Below, in pieces: positions 1 to 10,702 of a stretch of DNA of 62,562 nucleotides. The notes under the pieces were generated by a model. It saw only the letters and a program-made list of their open reading frames with translations. It ran no database searches and was not told where the DNA came from. This DNA is from Phoronis australis (lineage: Eukaryota > Animalia > Phoronida): NCBI GenBank assembly GCA_002633005.1, contig NMRA01000500.1, positions 1-62,562 on the forward strand. Direction: 5' to 3'. A program made the translations under genes and the position numbers. How positions within the stretch are numbered: position 1 is the first letter of the stretch; each line of letters starts with the position of its first letter.

Positions 1-71
1 GAATGAAGCTACATGTGTCGACTTGCCTGGAACTATGGGTCATAAGTGTCAATGTTCAAGAGGCTGGAATG
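1..71 (+). CDS. Exon 1 of window (5'-truncated), EGF-like
   Basis: NEATCVDLPGTMGHKCQCSRGWNG; donor gtaag at 72, phase 1. Confidence 0.85.
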
Positions 72-1015
72 GTAAGGAAATTGAGAAGTAGCAATCCTCG
101 TGTGTTCTCTTACATCACATGATTTACTGTGCATCTTATTAACCCAACATCAGCACTTTAAAATGACTTTCATATCTGGCTCTGCACATTTTGAGGTGTC
201 TTAAAGCGGCATGGAATGTGAAAACTTATCAAAAATATCTTTAAAAAATTCCTGACAAAAGTCCCACCTTGCAACATAACAGAATTATTCACCTTACCCT
301 GTGAGGAATTGTCCAGAACAAATCACAAAATTTTATTTTTGAAAGGCGATCAAAGGAAAAATGCTGTAGTCACCACAGAGTTTTTAATCCCCTTCCCACT
401 TATGATAAATGTGTGCATGCGCTGTCATTTTACAAATATCTAATTGACAAGATAGATTATCATGTGTGATTGCACTCCAAATATGAGGTTGACAGCACAG
501 TATGACGCAAGTCAGTGAAGCAAGCAATTTTCAAAAAAGAATTCAAAGTGCACTTTAGAATTTATTTGAATATTATGATACATTTATAACTAATTTTAAT
601 TAGTTAGGACTTACATCAATTGCTTCTTAATTGGACTGGCTGTTGTCATTGTTTCGTTTACATCAAAGGTCAAAGGTCACATTTTCCATAATATAGAAAA
701 TGTGCCATGTCTATGTCTTGCCATACCAAATAAGGAGTTGCGCTTTGCCTTCTGGGAGAATATGCAGCATAGTGACCTTGCATTGACAGGTCATTTTTTT
801 GAAATTTGAAACTAAAAGAAAAATACTTTGACATCAACAGGAATTCAAAACCTTGGTATACAAACCATAAAAGTACCTGGTGTAAAGGATGAATTCCACT
901 TCATTAGCTGACAACTATTTTGAATAATACAATTTAGTCTTTTTTTGCATTCTAGCCTGTTCAAAATGATACACATGGTCTTCTTTCTCCTGATAAATCA
1001 CTAAGTGTTTTTCAG

Positions 1016-1143
1016 GGACTACTTGTAATCACAACATTGACGAATGTGCACCTCATAACTGCAGTGGACGTGGTTTGTGTGTGGACCTGGTCAATGACTT
1101 CATGTGCACATGTGATGGGGGATACTTTGGCAATAGATGTCAG
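1016..1143 (+). CDS. Exon 2, calcium-binding EGF
   Basis: ttcag acceptor; GTTCNHNIDECAPHNCSGRGLCVDLVNDFMCTCDGGYFGNRCQ; gtaaa donor; phase 1-0. Confidence 0.93.
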
Positions 1144-1660
1144 GTAAATTATACACAATGTTGCCTTGCTTGTGTTGACTGACAATAATACAATAATTGA
1201 AGTTGCATTAATATGTCACAATAGAATGGAAATAATTGTAACAATTTTGAGCTTGCATCCTCCCAAATGTGAATCACCTCAATAAACCATCACGAGGAAG
1301 CAAAAGTAAAATCAAATGGTCTTTCAAGTATATTTATGTCAGATTTTTACTAAATTTTATACATGTCACATATAGATGGGACAAATTAAAATTATAAAAC
1401 AAACAGCTTCTCTTTTAAATTATTAAAACTATCAGCCAAAATTTAGAAGCTGTATAAAGAAATACTTCACAATTTAACTTGAACAGCTTCTAAAGAACTT
1501 TTGACAGTAATTTCCTAGTGATAGGATAAGCCAGTTGATATGTCATGTGGATGACTATGTGTTGCTGAAACATGTGACTGCAAGTACTTAATGTTTAATT
1601 CTGTTAAGACTGTTTCATTAGTTAATACCTTCTGACTGTAGAGCACGATGTTTGATTCTT

Positions 1661-1730
1661 GCTTTCAGAAAGAAGTAAACAAGTGTGTTGCTGGTCCTTA
1701 TTGCTCATCAGTCGGAATGTGAAGATCTAT
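1661..1730 (+). pseudogene. Degenerate duplicate of the exon 3 acceptor and 5' half
   Basis: tttcag then KEVNKCVAGPYC(+1 nt)HQSECEDL versus the real [20 protein letters not shown]. Confidence 0.75.
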
Positions 1731-1753
1731 GTTAATGTTTGATCTATTTACAG

Positions 1754-1853
1754 CATGAAATAAATGAGTGTCTTGCTGATCCTTGTCGCCATCAGTCGCA
1801 GTGTGAAGATTTGGTGAATGACTTTTACTGCCGTTGTAGACCAGGCTGGACAG
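1754..1853 (+). CDS. Exon 3, calcium-binding EGF
   Basis: tacag acceptor; [34 protein letters not shown]; gtttg donor; phase 0-1. Confidence 0.92.
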
Positions 1854-1921
1854 GTTTGTGTTGAGTTCAGTTGTGATTTCAACAATTTGAATAACAATGT
1901 TGACGTTTTATATGATGCTTG

Positions 1922-2237
1922 TTATGCACCTCCATATTTATATGTGGCTAGGCACATTATGCCGTTATCTCTGTCGGTCTGTCTGTCTGTCTGTCTGTTT
2001 GTTCATCCGGCGTCTGCTGTTGCAGTTAGTACTATGTAAATCTGATTCACTAAATTCATTTGCTGCCAAAAACACTGTTGTCTTCATATGTAGAAATTTC
2101 ACCATATCTCACACCCTTGACAACAAACGAAGCTGCTTGACAGATTTTTATGAAATTTGGTTAATCGCTTTCTATTGAAGCGATGCCATATTCCTGTTTT
2201 TGGATGGATTTGACATATTTGGCGTCATTTGAGGGCA
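1922..2237 (+). mobile_element. Truncated Helentron/HINE-like element
   Basis: 5' ttatgcacc..catatttatatgtgg followed by (GTCT)n; matches the starts at 9900 and 32379. Confidence 0.6.
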
Positions 2238-2451
2238 TCATTAGCACTCCTTATATAATCATTATCAGCACCCCTTATATTATCATCAGCAGCACCCCTT
2301 ATGTTATCATCATCAGCACTCCGTTTATTATCATCATCAGCACCCCTTATATTATCGTCAGCACTCTGTATGTTATCATCATCAGCATCCCATATATTAT
2401 GATCATCAGCACCCCTTACCTTATCATCATCAGCACCCCTCATATTGTCAT
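2237..2451. repeat. 24-bp minisatellite, about 9 copies
   Basis: atcatcagcaccccttatattatc. Confidence 0.9.
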
Positions 2452-2645
2452 CGAAACATTGCCAAAGGTTTGTCAGTACATTTGTGTGCCCAAGTTAGAC
2501 ATACATTTTATTCTTGGACTTCACGTCTTTAAATGGTTTTGAAAGAACTGTGGCTATTTCTCTGGATAATCTTTGATACAAACTTGATGCAGTGATCAAT
2601 GATTTAGCGAATGAATGTTTCTCAAATCTTGTATCTCTTGCACAG

Positions 2646-2745
2646 GAAAAAGATGTGATGTCGAGAATGTGACAGCTTGTCAGACCAATCCTTGTCAAAA
2701 CAATGGAACGTGTACACCATTGTTTGGCTCGGAGTTCAAGTGCCA
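2646..2745 (+). CDS. Exon 4, EGF-like
   Basis: GKRCDVENVTACQTNPCQNNGTCTPLFGSEFKCQ; gtaag donor; phase 1-2; CQNNGTC fits the O-fucosylation consensus. Confidence 0.92.
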
Positions 2746-2979
2746 GTAAGTATTATCCTGACATTAAACATGGTTTGTAAGAACTGGAGGCCATAGGTAA
2801 AATCTACACTGTCTTCTACAATTTTGTAAACACACTTTACTGTGAACTTTGAGCTTTTCAAAATGAAATTGTTGCAAAAATGTGTTCTAAAGCTCAAGTT
2901 TGAGCTCGCATTACAACTGAGAAAATCTGCGTTTGCATGTCACTTGCATATTTGACTGTTCTTCCTTCATCATTTGTAG

Positions 2980-3104
2980 GTGTCCACCTGGCATTGAAGG
3001 CAATTTGTGTCAACAAAAGACCAGTCTCTGTGCTAACACCAGACCTTGTGTACAGGGACAATGTTATGAAAATAGTGAAACGACATGGTGTGTCTGCAAT
3101 AAAG
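2980..3104 (+). CDS. Exon 5, EGF-like
   Basis: CPPGIEGNLCQQKTSLCANTRPCVQGQCYENSETTWCVCNK; phase 2-1. Confidence 0.92.
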
Positions 3105-3420
3105 GTTTGTTTATGGCATATTATTAACTATTTGTATATGTTCCATCTATCCCTTCTCAACTCACCAGGGAGTGTGTACCTAATAGGGGGAGTGGCCTGT
3201 TTAGCTGCATCAGTATCACTTGTCATTCAAAGGACAGTCACTGTCATACTCTCATAGCATTTAGTTTCACCTAAATTAAGTGGAGTTAGAGCAGATTAGG
3301 CAGGATAACAATTCTCCTGCTCACATTACAAAAACCTCTAATTTAGTTTTAACACCAAGCATCAGTGATTTCTAAATTGAGACACGTCCAGGTATCAATC
3401 TATAGTTATGTGTTCCCATG

Positions 3421-3842
3421 CTCTTTGGTCTGACATCACTACACTTGCAGGACAATTATCTACCATTTTAGTTCATCTGTTACTATTTGATCTGGTATCA
3501 CTACAGTTGCAGGTCAATTATCTACCATAATTCTTAGTGTTACTATTTGATCTGGTATCACCACAGTTGCAGGTCAATTATCTACCACAGTTCTAAGTGT
3601 TACTATTTGATCTGGTATCACTACAGTTGCAGGTCAATTATCTACCACAGTTCTTAATGTTACTATTTGATCTGGTATCACTACAGTTGCAGGTCAATTA
3701 TCTACCACAGTTCTAAGTGTTACTGTTTGATCTGGTATCACTACAGTTGCAGGTCAATTATCTACCACAGTTCTAAGTGTTACTATTTGATCTGGTTTCA
3801 CTACAGTTGCAGGTCAGTTTTCTACCACAGTTGTTAGTGTTA
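3421..3842. repeat. 60-bp minisatellite, about 7 copies
   Basis: tactatttgatctggtatcactacagttgcaggtcaattatctaccacagttctaagtgt. Confidence 0.95.
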
Positions 3843-4001
3843 GAGGAGGCAGTGTGGCCTAGTGCGATACATGCCTGCTGGGTCACCTTAGTCTTAACGT
3901 TATATTAATAAAGCATAAAAATGGTTCCAGGTGATCAGTGCAATGGGCCCACATGCGCGGCCTGCGCACATCTGGTACGTGTATCAGACCGCCTGCAATT
4001 A
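3843..4001 (+). mobile_element. tRNA-derived SINE, internally deleted
   Basis: Head and tail match 41244-41482; 9-bp TSD ttagtgtta (3834-3842, 4002-4010). Confidence 0.8.
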
Positions 4002-4620
4002 TTAGTGTTACTAAAACCATTTGTCTACGAGTAATAGAGAACTTGAACTTAACACATCTATTTGGAATTGCCAATTCTTATTGTTAGTATTTCTTTGAGT
4101 AAAAATGATCTCAACTTTTTGTGAAGAATTCAATTTCAGAAACCAAACATTTTAAGAAAATCGGTCCACGATGTATTTTAGCCGCTGTTTTATTGCTATG
4201 AAGCCGTTGCTGTTGCTCTACTTCACATAAGAGGACCTTAGATCAGACTTCAGTGGCTCCAAAACATTAGGAATGACACATTATGTGCTGCCTGCTGTAT
4301 TTAAAGAACATGCTGTGTCCTTGAATCTGTGAAACTTCATGATTTCTTAACATCAAAAATTATTTTCTCCTCTAAATGTTGTTGAACCGTCTGGCATGTT
4401 TGCTTGGGAATAGTACACTCTGTCCGTCACAGTCAGAAATTAACAGGAAAGCTGTAATGTTTGGTGTCTTTGTAATTTGTGGTAAAATGTTTCTTATTTA
4501 TGAGAATGAAAAACATGTATATGGATAATTCTTCACAATTTGTTAATTAAAGTTAATATGCATATGAATAGAAGGCAATTAGCTTGGAATTTCATAAGCA
4601 CTGTCCAGTGTTTCTTACAG

Positions 4621-4737
4621 ATTATACAGGTACCAACTGTGAAACCAAGATTGACTTCTGTGAAAAATGCAAGGTCCGTCGGCTGGGATGCCGTATTCTT
4701 AATGTATACCCATACTTTAAGTGCAAGTGCCCTGAAG
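4621..4737 (+). CDS. Exon 6, atypical EGF-like
   Basis: DYTGTNCETKIDFCEKCKVRRLGCRILNVYPYFKCKCPEG; ttacag acceptor, gtatg donor; phase 1-1. Confidence 0.9.
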
Positions 4738-4810
4738 GTATGATCTGTGGGTTATTACATTGCAACTTGTCACATGTAAATTATTGAGTAGCTTCCGCTC
4801 ATTGCTCAGT

Positions 4811-6712
4811 TTTGTATGCACCATATACATGTGCCTGCATGTGTAAGCACCATATACGTGTGCCTGCATCCGTATGCACCATGTACGCGTGCTTGCATGC
4901 GTATGCACCATGTACGTGTGCTTGCTTGTGTGTGCACCATGTACGCGTGCTTTCATGTGTGTGCACCATGTACGTGTGCTTGCATGTGTGTGCACCATGT
5001 ACGTGTGCTTGCATGTGTGTGCACCATGTACGTGTGCTTGCATGTGTGTGCACCATGTACGTGTGCTTGCATGTGTGTGCACCATGTACGTGTGCTTGCT
5101 TGTGTGTGCATGACACTGTGTGCATTATGCTATCATCCCCGTCTGACATCTGCTAGATGGTCATTAAGTTTTCCTGTATTGGATGGGATGGCAGAACCAA
5201 ATTTTCTGACAGATCAGACTACCAGTGTGTTCCGTAGCAGTAATTTTAATTCTTTTTACATTGACTTTGTGTCTTCAAAATGCCTGGACACATTTTCATG
5301 AAATTTGGCAGGAGACCATCTTCCCGTTTTGGGATGAATTTAGTGTATTCTGCGCCCCCTAGTGGACGTTGTTTCTATTTTTGCTTGCCTCTCTCTCAAC
5401 TAAAGCACTCTGAGGATCATTATGAAAATTGGCATAGATGTTGCTACTGAGAAGAACAAGGCTGAAAATTATTTACGGAAAATTCCCACAACTGTGGCAT
5501 CTCACAGTTGTGTTTTTTGCATCCACTGCATTTATCTCCTAAACCCTATGCAGGATGTATGTACATTTGACAAGTGTTTTTCTATGAAAGTGACAATGGA
5601 TGAGGATGACTTTCAGACAGATTGTCATGAAATTTGCAAATAGCTTTGAATATTACCTTGTTTATAATTCCCCTCTTCAGATGGATTTGACATAGCATAC
5701 GCCACCTACTGGCCATTTATATTAGTTTCTAGTTGGCATCTGCCTCTGTATTGCCCGAACTACTATAATTATCATTGTGAAAATTGGTATATGTGTTCCC
5801 ACTGACAAGGATTTTTGCATTGCTTTGATCACTGCAGTGCCCTCTACTGGTTATTTTGCGTCCTAAATCCCTTGCAGGATTTCTGTGAAATAAGGAAAGT
5901 ATATTTCTTTGAACGTAGCATGGGATGACAATGAGTTTCAGGCATATCTGAATACTGTTGTGTACCCTGGTGGCAATTTAATTTTTTCATATTTTCTTCT
6001 ATATTCTTTCCAGATTTTCATGAAATTTGGCTAATAGCCCAGTTGTTATGGAGACTACAACAGTTTCCTTTTTCGGATGGATTGGACGTTTTGTGTGTCA
6101 TGTAGAGGCCACATTTTTAGTCTCAGGTTTTTGGCATCTGCCTCACTATCGAGCAAACCACATTTAAGATCATTATGAATTTCTTATAATTTATAATATG
6201 TTAACTTCCTTGGTAGTTCTTTATCAAATTTACATGACTTTTTTGTGCTTTTATGTGGGGGAGTACAGCTGACGTGTATTTTTGGTCAAATCCAGAGTAC
6301 CCACTTGGACATTTTGTTTTTCTTTGTGGTTTTCTTGATATGCCTGGCAAGTTCCTCCTTGGATGTGCATGAAATTTGGGAAATTCGTCACATAGGTGGC
6401 AGCACTAGCCTTCTTCAGACAGATTTAAACCAACTTGTAAGCATTAGTGACTTTTCATTGTTTTTCATTCTGTCCTTTGTCTGCCTCCCTATTCTTCAAA
6501 CTGTGTGAAAAATGAAGAAAGCTGGCAGACGTGTTCCTATTGAGGATAGCATTGCTGACTCGCTTTTCAACACTCAGATACAATTTCAAGTTTATTGGCA
6601 TCAATTGCTCTCTTTAGTGGAAATGTTTAGAATAATGATCATCCCTTTTCTCTTCTAAGGTGCATGCGATGCACATGGTGAATGCATATCAACACTCCGG
6701 GTTGTTATTGTT
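4811..6712 (+). mobile_element. Helentron/HINE-like element, diverged
   Basis: tatgcacc 5' end; about 140-bp degenerate internal repeats (gaaatttggca, ggatggattt, cctagtgg); 3' end resembles 9405-9463. Confidence 0.6.
4814..5111. repeat. 29-bp minisatellite, about 10 copies
   Basis: tgtgtgtgcaccatgtacgtgtgcttgca. Confidence 0.95.
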
Positions 6713-6862
6713 GTACATTTTCCTTTTTACTTCATAATGTTGTTATTTAAATTATCACTGCATGGCAGAAAGGATTGATGTAGTCGATGACAGTATGCTA
6801 TGAGATTGCTGTTTTGTGAAAAAACCTTATAAATACTTAATAGTTGTTTTGTCATCTAACAG

Positions 6863-7015
6863 GATACGAGGGGCAATTATGTAACCAAAGGATAAAACAT
6901 TGCACTGGTTCACCATGTCCAGGTCAGAGCCGTGGATGGTCTTTCTGCCGCAACTCGTTGACTGGCCCTCTATGTTTCTGCAAGAGTGGCCATGTAGGTC
7001 CTGACTGCAGCAAAG
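6863..7015 (+). CDS. Exon 7, EGF-like
   Basis: GYEGQLCNQRIKHCTGSPCPGQSRGWSFCRNSLTGPLCFCKSGHVGPDCSK; phase 1-1. Confidence 0.92.
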
Positions 7016-7157
7016 GTAAATTGGGTGTTGTAAACACATTGAGCAGTTTTGTATGCATCTTGTGACTGACATATTCTCAGTTTAAGTAATATTCTGACTT
7101 TCATGCAATTTTAATTGGTGTCAAATTATTAATTACTTTAGTTCAGCATTATGGCCA

Positions 7158-7302
7158 ATGTGGCATTGTTCTGGTCCGTGTGTTAGTAATGTGGTGTTCT
7201 GGTGCATGTGTTAGTGCTGTGGTGTTGTTCTGGTGCATGTGTTAGTACTGTGGTGTTGTTCTGGTGCGTGTGTTAGAAATGTGGTGTTGTTCTGGTGCAT
7301 GT
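7158..7302. repeat. About 31-bp minisatellite, about 5 copies
   Basis: tgtggtgttgttctggtgcatgtgttagtac. Confidence 0.85.
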
Positions 7303-7712
7303 AAAAATTCATTATAATATTTTTAATTTGTTCCATAACTTAATTCTTAACTCTATGTTTCACTAGAAAAAAGTTCTAATGTTTTCTGATCTGTAACTGT
7401 CATTTTACTTGAATCTCATGGTGCAATCTTGCTCACATTTTCTACTTTTTTGTGTTGCCTGATAATGATGTCATCAGACAAGTTATTGAAGAGAATCTTT
7501 TTACAGGACAGATTCCTTGTTAGGTGACATTATATAAGTCTAAAGATGTTCTGGTATTCAATGTTATCAAATGGCAATTCCTCGAATGGTGAAACTTTGG
7601 AGTACACCTTAAATTGTTTTGACAATTAGTGTGTTTGCAGTGTTAAAAATACTTTAGATATTACTTGCCCATTGCAACTTGATTGTTAACTTGGCCTGAC
7701 TTGAATTTTCAG

Positions 7713-7878
7713 GTGTTGATACAGACTTCACTCTGATCTTTAGCTCACCAGACAAATCCTCTTGGGCACGTTCTAAACAGCCATTTATTACAGCTGGTGA
7801 CAAAATATCTTTGTCATTTGCCTGCCGATTTTTACAACGTTTTGGGACAGGAAACATTGTGAACCTGATGTACTCTGA
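7713..7878 (+). CDS. Exon 8, start of LamG/pentraxin-like domain
   Basis: GVDTDFTLIFSSPDKSSWARSKQPFITAGDKISLSFACRFLQRFGTGNIVNLMYS; tttcag acceptor, gtgagt donor; phase 1-2. Confidence 0.85.
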
Positions 7879-8237
7879 GTGAGTAGTGCCGAGACAAGGT
7901 GGTATAGCTAATATATTCTGCATATTTTCAAATGCCTTGTAGTGACAGTCAACCTCATTAGTCAATATATCTTTAAATTCGGTTAGTTTTCATAAATTTG
8001 ACAATTCTAAGTTTTCTTCAGTGCATTTATAATTAAAACGATGATTTCTCACTAAGTGTTATTTTTAGGCGTTAAGTCCTTATTTTTTGTTTCCATTCTG
8101 ATTCTGATCAAAATTGTGATATTCAAAAAAGTAAAGAGTGAATTATATGGAACTCATGTTTGTACTTTCACTACTCTAGTGAGTTGTTTGTGAGATGTTT
8201 GATATTCAAATTAATTCAAATGACTTATTCTTTTCAG

Positions 8238-8453
8238 CAAATTTCGCCGTACAACTGATTCAGGTTGGAAGTCGTATTTGACAGTTAGTAACCAAGGCAT
8301 CAGGATTAGTTTGTCCAATGTGAAAACTGTCACAATTGACTTCAGCACTGTCAAGATCAACGATGGTTTGTGGCATGTGATCACCTTCACTTGGGATTTA
8401 ACTTCTGGATCCTTTATACTTTACATTGAAGGATTCAAGTTTAAAGAACAAAG
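8238..8453 (+). CDS. Exon 9, LamG/pentraxin-like core (3' end lost in gap)
   Basis: ttttcag acceptor; ...KINDGLWHVITFTWDLTSGSFILYIEG matches the NDGxWH..LYxDG LamG/pentraxin signature. Confidence 0.9.
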
Positions 8454-8872
8454 NNNNNNNNNNNNNNNNNNNNNNNNNNNNNNNNNNNNNNNNNNNNNNN
8501 NNNNNNNNNNNNNNNNNNNNNNNNNNNNNNNNNNNNNNNNNNNNNNNNNNNNNNNNNNNNNNNNNNNNNNNNNNNNNNNNNNNNNNNNNNNNNNNNNNNN
8601 NNNNNNNNNNNNNNNNNNNNNNNNNNNNNNNNNNNNNNNNNNNNNNNNNNNNNNNNNNNNNNNNNNNNNNNNNNNNNNNNNNNNNNNNNNNNNNNNNNNN
8701 NNNNNNNNNNNNNNNNNNNNNNNNNNNNNNNNNNNNNNNNNNNNNNNNNNNNNNNNNNNNNNNNNNNNNNNNNNNNNNNNNNNNNNNNNNNNNNNNNNNN
8801 NNNNNNNNNNNNNNNNNNNNNNNNNNNNNNNNNNNNNNNNNNNNNNNNNNNNNNNNNNNNNNNNNNNNNNNN

Positions 8873-9463
8873 GTTGACGCTGAATTTCCCATGACTTTGA
8901 TTACTGTGGCGCCTCCTAGTGGCAGTTTTTTTTTGCGCCCATGGCTGTATCTCCCAAACCGTTTGCAGGATCTTTACTAAATTTAGCAAGTGTATTTATG
9001 TGATGTTGACAACAGACGATGACGACTTTAGGATGATTCTGAGTACCGGTATGCCTCTAGTGGCAATTTTAGTATTTTACATTGAGCTCTGTATTTTCAT
9101 AGGTCTTCAGGTGTATACTTTGTGTTACTTCATGACTATGAAGGAAAAGTTCTAAGTAGAAATTTGTTTCTGGCATTCTAATGCTGTGCTAATCTCGTAT
9201 GTTGGTAAATTTGTTTATAATTCTATGTTTCTGTGATGCTTTAAGCAAGTGATGTATAGGATGTGCTTGTATTATGAAGATCACTTACATTTTGCCCCTA
9301 GCCTATTGAGGAGACAATGACCATGCCTTTCCATTTTGCAAAGTGCAACATACTACATATATGCCCTCTACTGGCCACTTTATGGTATCAATAAACAACC
9401 CTAGAAGGATACCGTATATGGTGCAATTGTGGGCGCATTTCAACGCTCTGCGTTGCTCTTGTT
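8873..9463 (+). mobile_element. HINE-like element, 3' part
   Basis: Subterminal tgggcgcat, hairpin caacgc-tct-gcgttg (9441-9455), then ctcttgttt; 8873-9232 matches 10343-10702. Confidence 0.7.
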
Positions 9464-9495
9464 TGTTATTTTGAAGGAGATGCATATCCCAGTTT

Positions 9496-9716
9496 CAGGG
9501 CTTGGAATTTTCCGCGGAAACGCGGATTTCCGCTTTTTTCAAATGTTCTGTCCAAGCATTTTTTTATATTTCCGCTTAAAAAAAAAATCGGATTTGATAT
9601 AAAATTTCCGCAGCACCAAATTCCTTTCTTACCGCGGTGTCGCAGACGACGTTAACCTCAAAAAGCGGAAGTTGCTCTTTATGTTTCGGAGGAACGTAAA
9701 TTGTCAACATTGCCGG
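9496..9716 (+). mobile_element. Possible hAT-like MITE left end (continues at 11463 in the other haplotig)
   Basis: CAGGG start with CpG-rich ttccgc subterminal repeats; no right TIR found. Confidence 0.3.
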
Positions 9717-9717
9717 N

Positions 9718-9826
9718 TGATCACCTTCACTTGGGATTTAACTTCTGGATCCTTTATACTTTACGTTGAAGGATTCAAGTTTAAAGAACAAAGAATAGAT
9801 GTTGGCTTTACCACCTTACCTCAGTG
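9718..9826 (+). CDS. Second copy of the 3' part of exon 9, supplying the donor
   Basis: ITFTWDLTSGSFILYVEGFKFKEQRIDVGFTTLPQW, gtatgt donor, phase 2; starts at the single N at 9717; one I/V difference from the first copy. Confidence 0.85.
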
Positions 9827-9894
9827 GTATGTTTTGGTTTTTATATGTCCACCTGTACAACTGGTATCATTTTTATACCTTCCACACTTGGCAC

Positions 9895-10702
9895 TTTTGT
9901 TATGCACCCACATATTTATATGTGGACGCATTATGCCGTCATCTCCATCCGTCCGTCTGTCCGTGCGGCGTCCGGCGTCGGCTGCTCTATCTCCAAAACC
10001 CTTTGACATACGTTCATGAAATTTGGCACATATGTTCCATTCATGAATGGGATGGCATGTGCTAACATTCGGACGGATCCAACTACCGGTGTGCCCCCTA
10101 GTGGCAATTTTAGTTTTTTACGCTTACCTTTGTATCTTCAAAAGTCCTGAACGGATTTTCATGAAATTTGGTATGTAGACGCTATCCTCCTGCTTTCAGA
10201 TGGATTCGGCATAGTTTGCGCCACCTAGTGGCCATTTTTACTGTTTTCGATTCTGTATTTTTGCGTTCACCCCTCTATCAACCAAACCGCTCAAAGGATG
10301 ATTGTGAAAATTGGCATGTATGTTCTTACAATGAAGAGGACGGTTGACGCTGAATTTCCCATGACTTTGATTACTGTGGCGCCTCCTAGTGGCAGTTTTT
10401 TTTTGCGCCCATGGCTGTATCTCCCAAACCGTTTGCAGGATCTTTACTAAATTTAGCAAGTGTATTTATGTGATGTTGACAACAGACGATGACGACTTTA
10501 GGATGATTCTGAGTACCGGTATGCCTCTAGTGGCAATTTTAGTATTTTACATTGAGCTCTGTATTTTCATAGGTCTTCAGGTGTATACTTTGTGTTACTT
10601 CATGACTATGAAGGAAAAGTTCTAAGTAGAAATTTGTTTCTGGCATTCTAATGCTGTGCTAATCTCGTATGTTGGTAAATTTGTTTATAATTCTATGTTT
10701 CT
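9895..10702 (+). mobile_element. HINE-like element, 5' part (same insertion as 8873-9463 in the other haplotig)
   Basis: tatgcaccca subTIR, partial inverted repeat, (GTCC/GTCT) microsatellite, about 140-bp core repeats. Confidence 0.7.

Noticed and set aside
4717-5301. Cys/His-rich ORFs resembling metal-binding proteins
   Set aside because: Translations of the 29-bp TG/CA-rich minisatellite.
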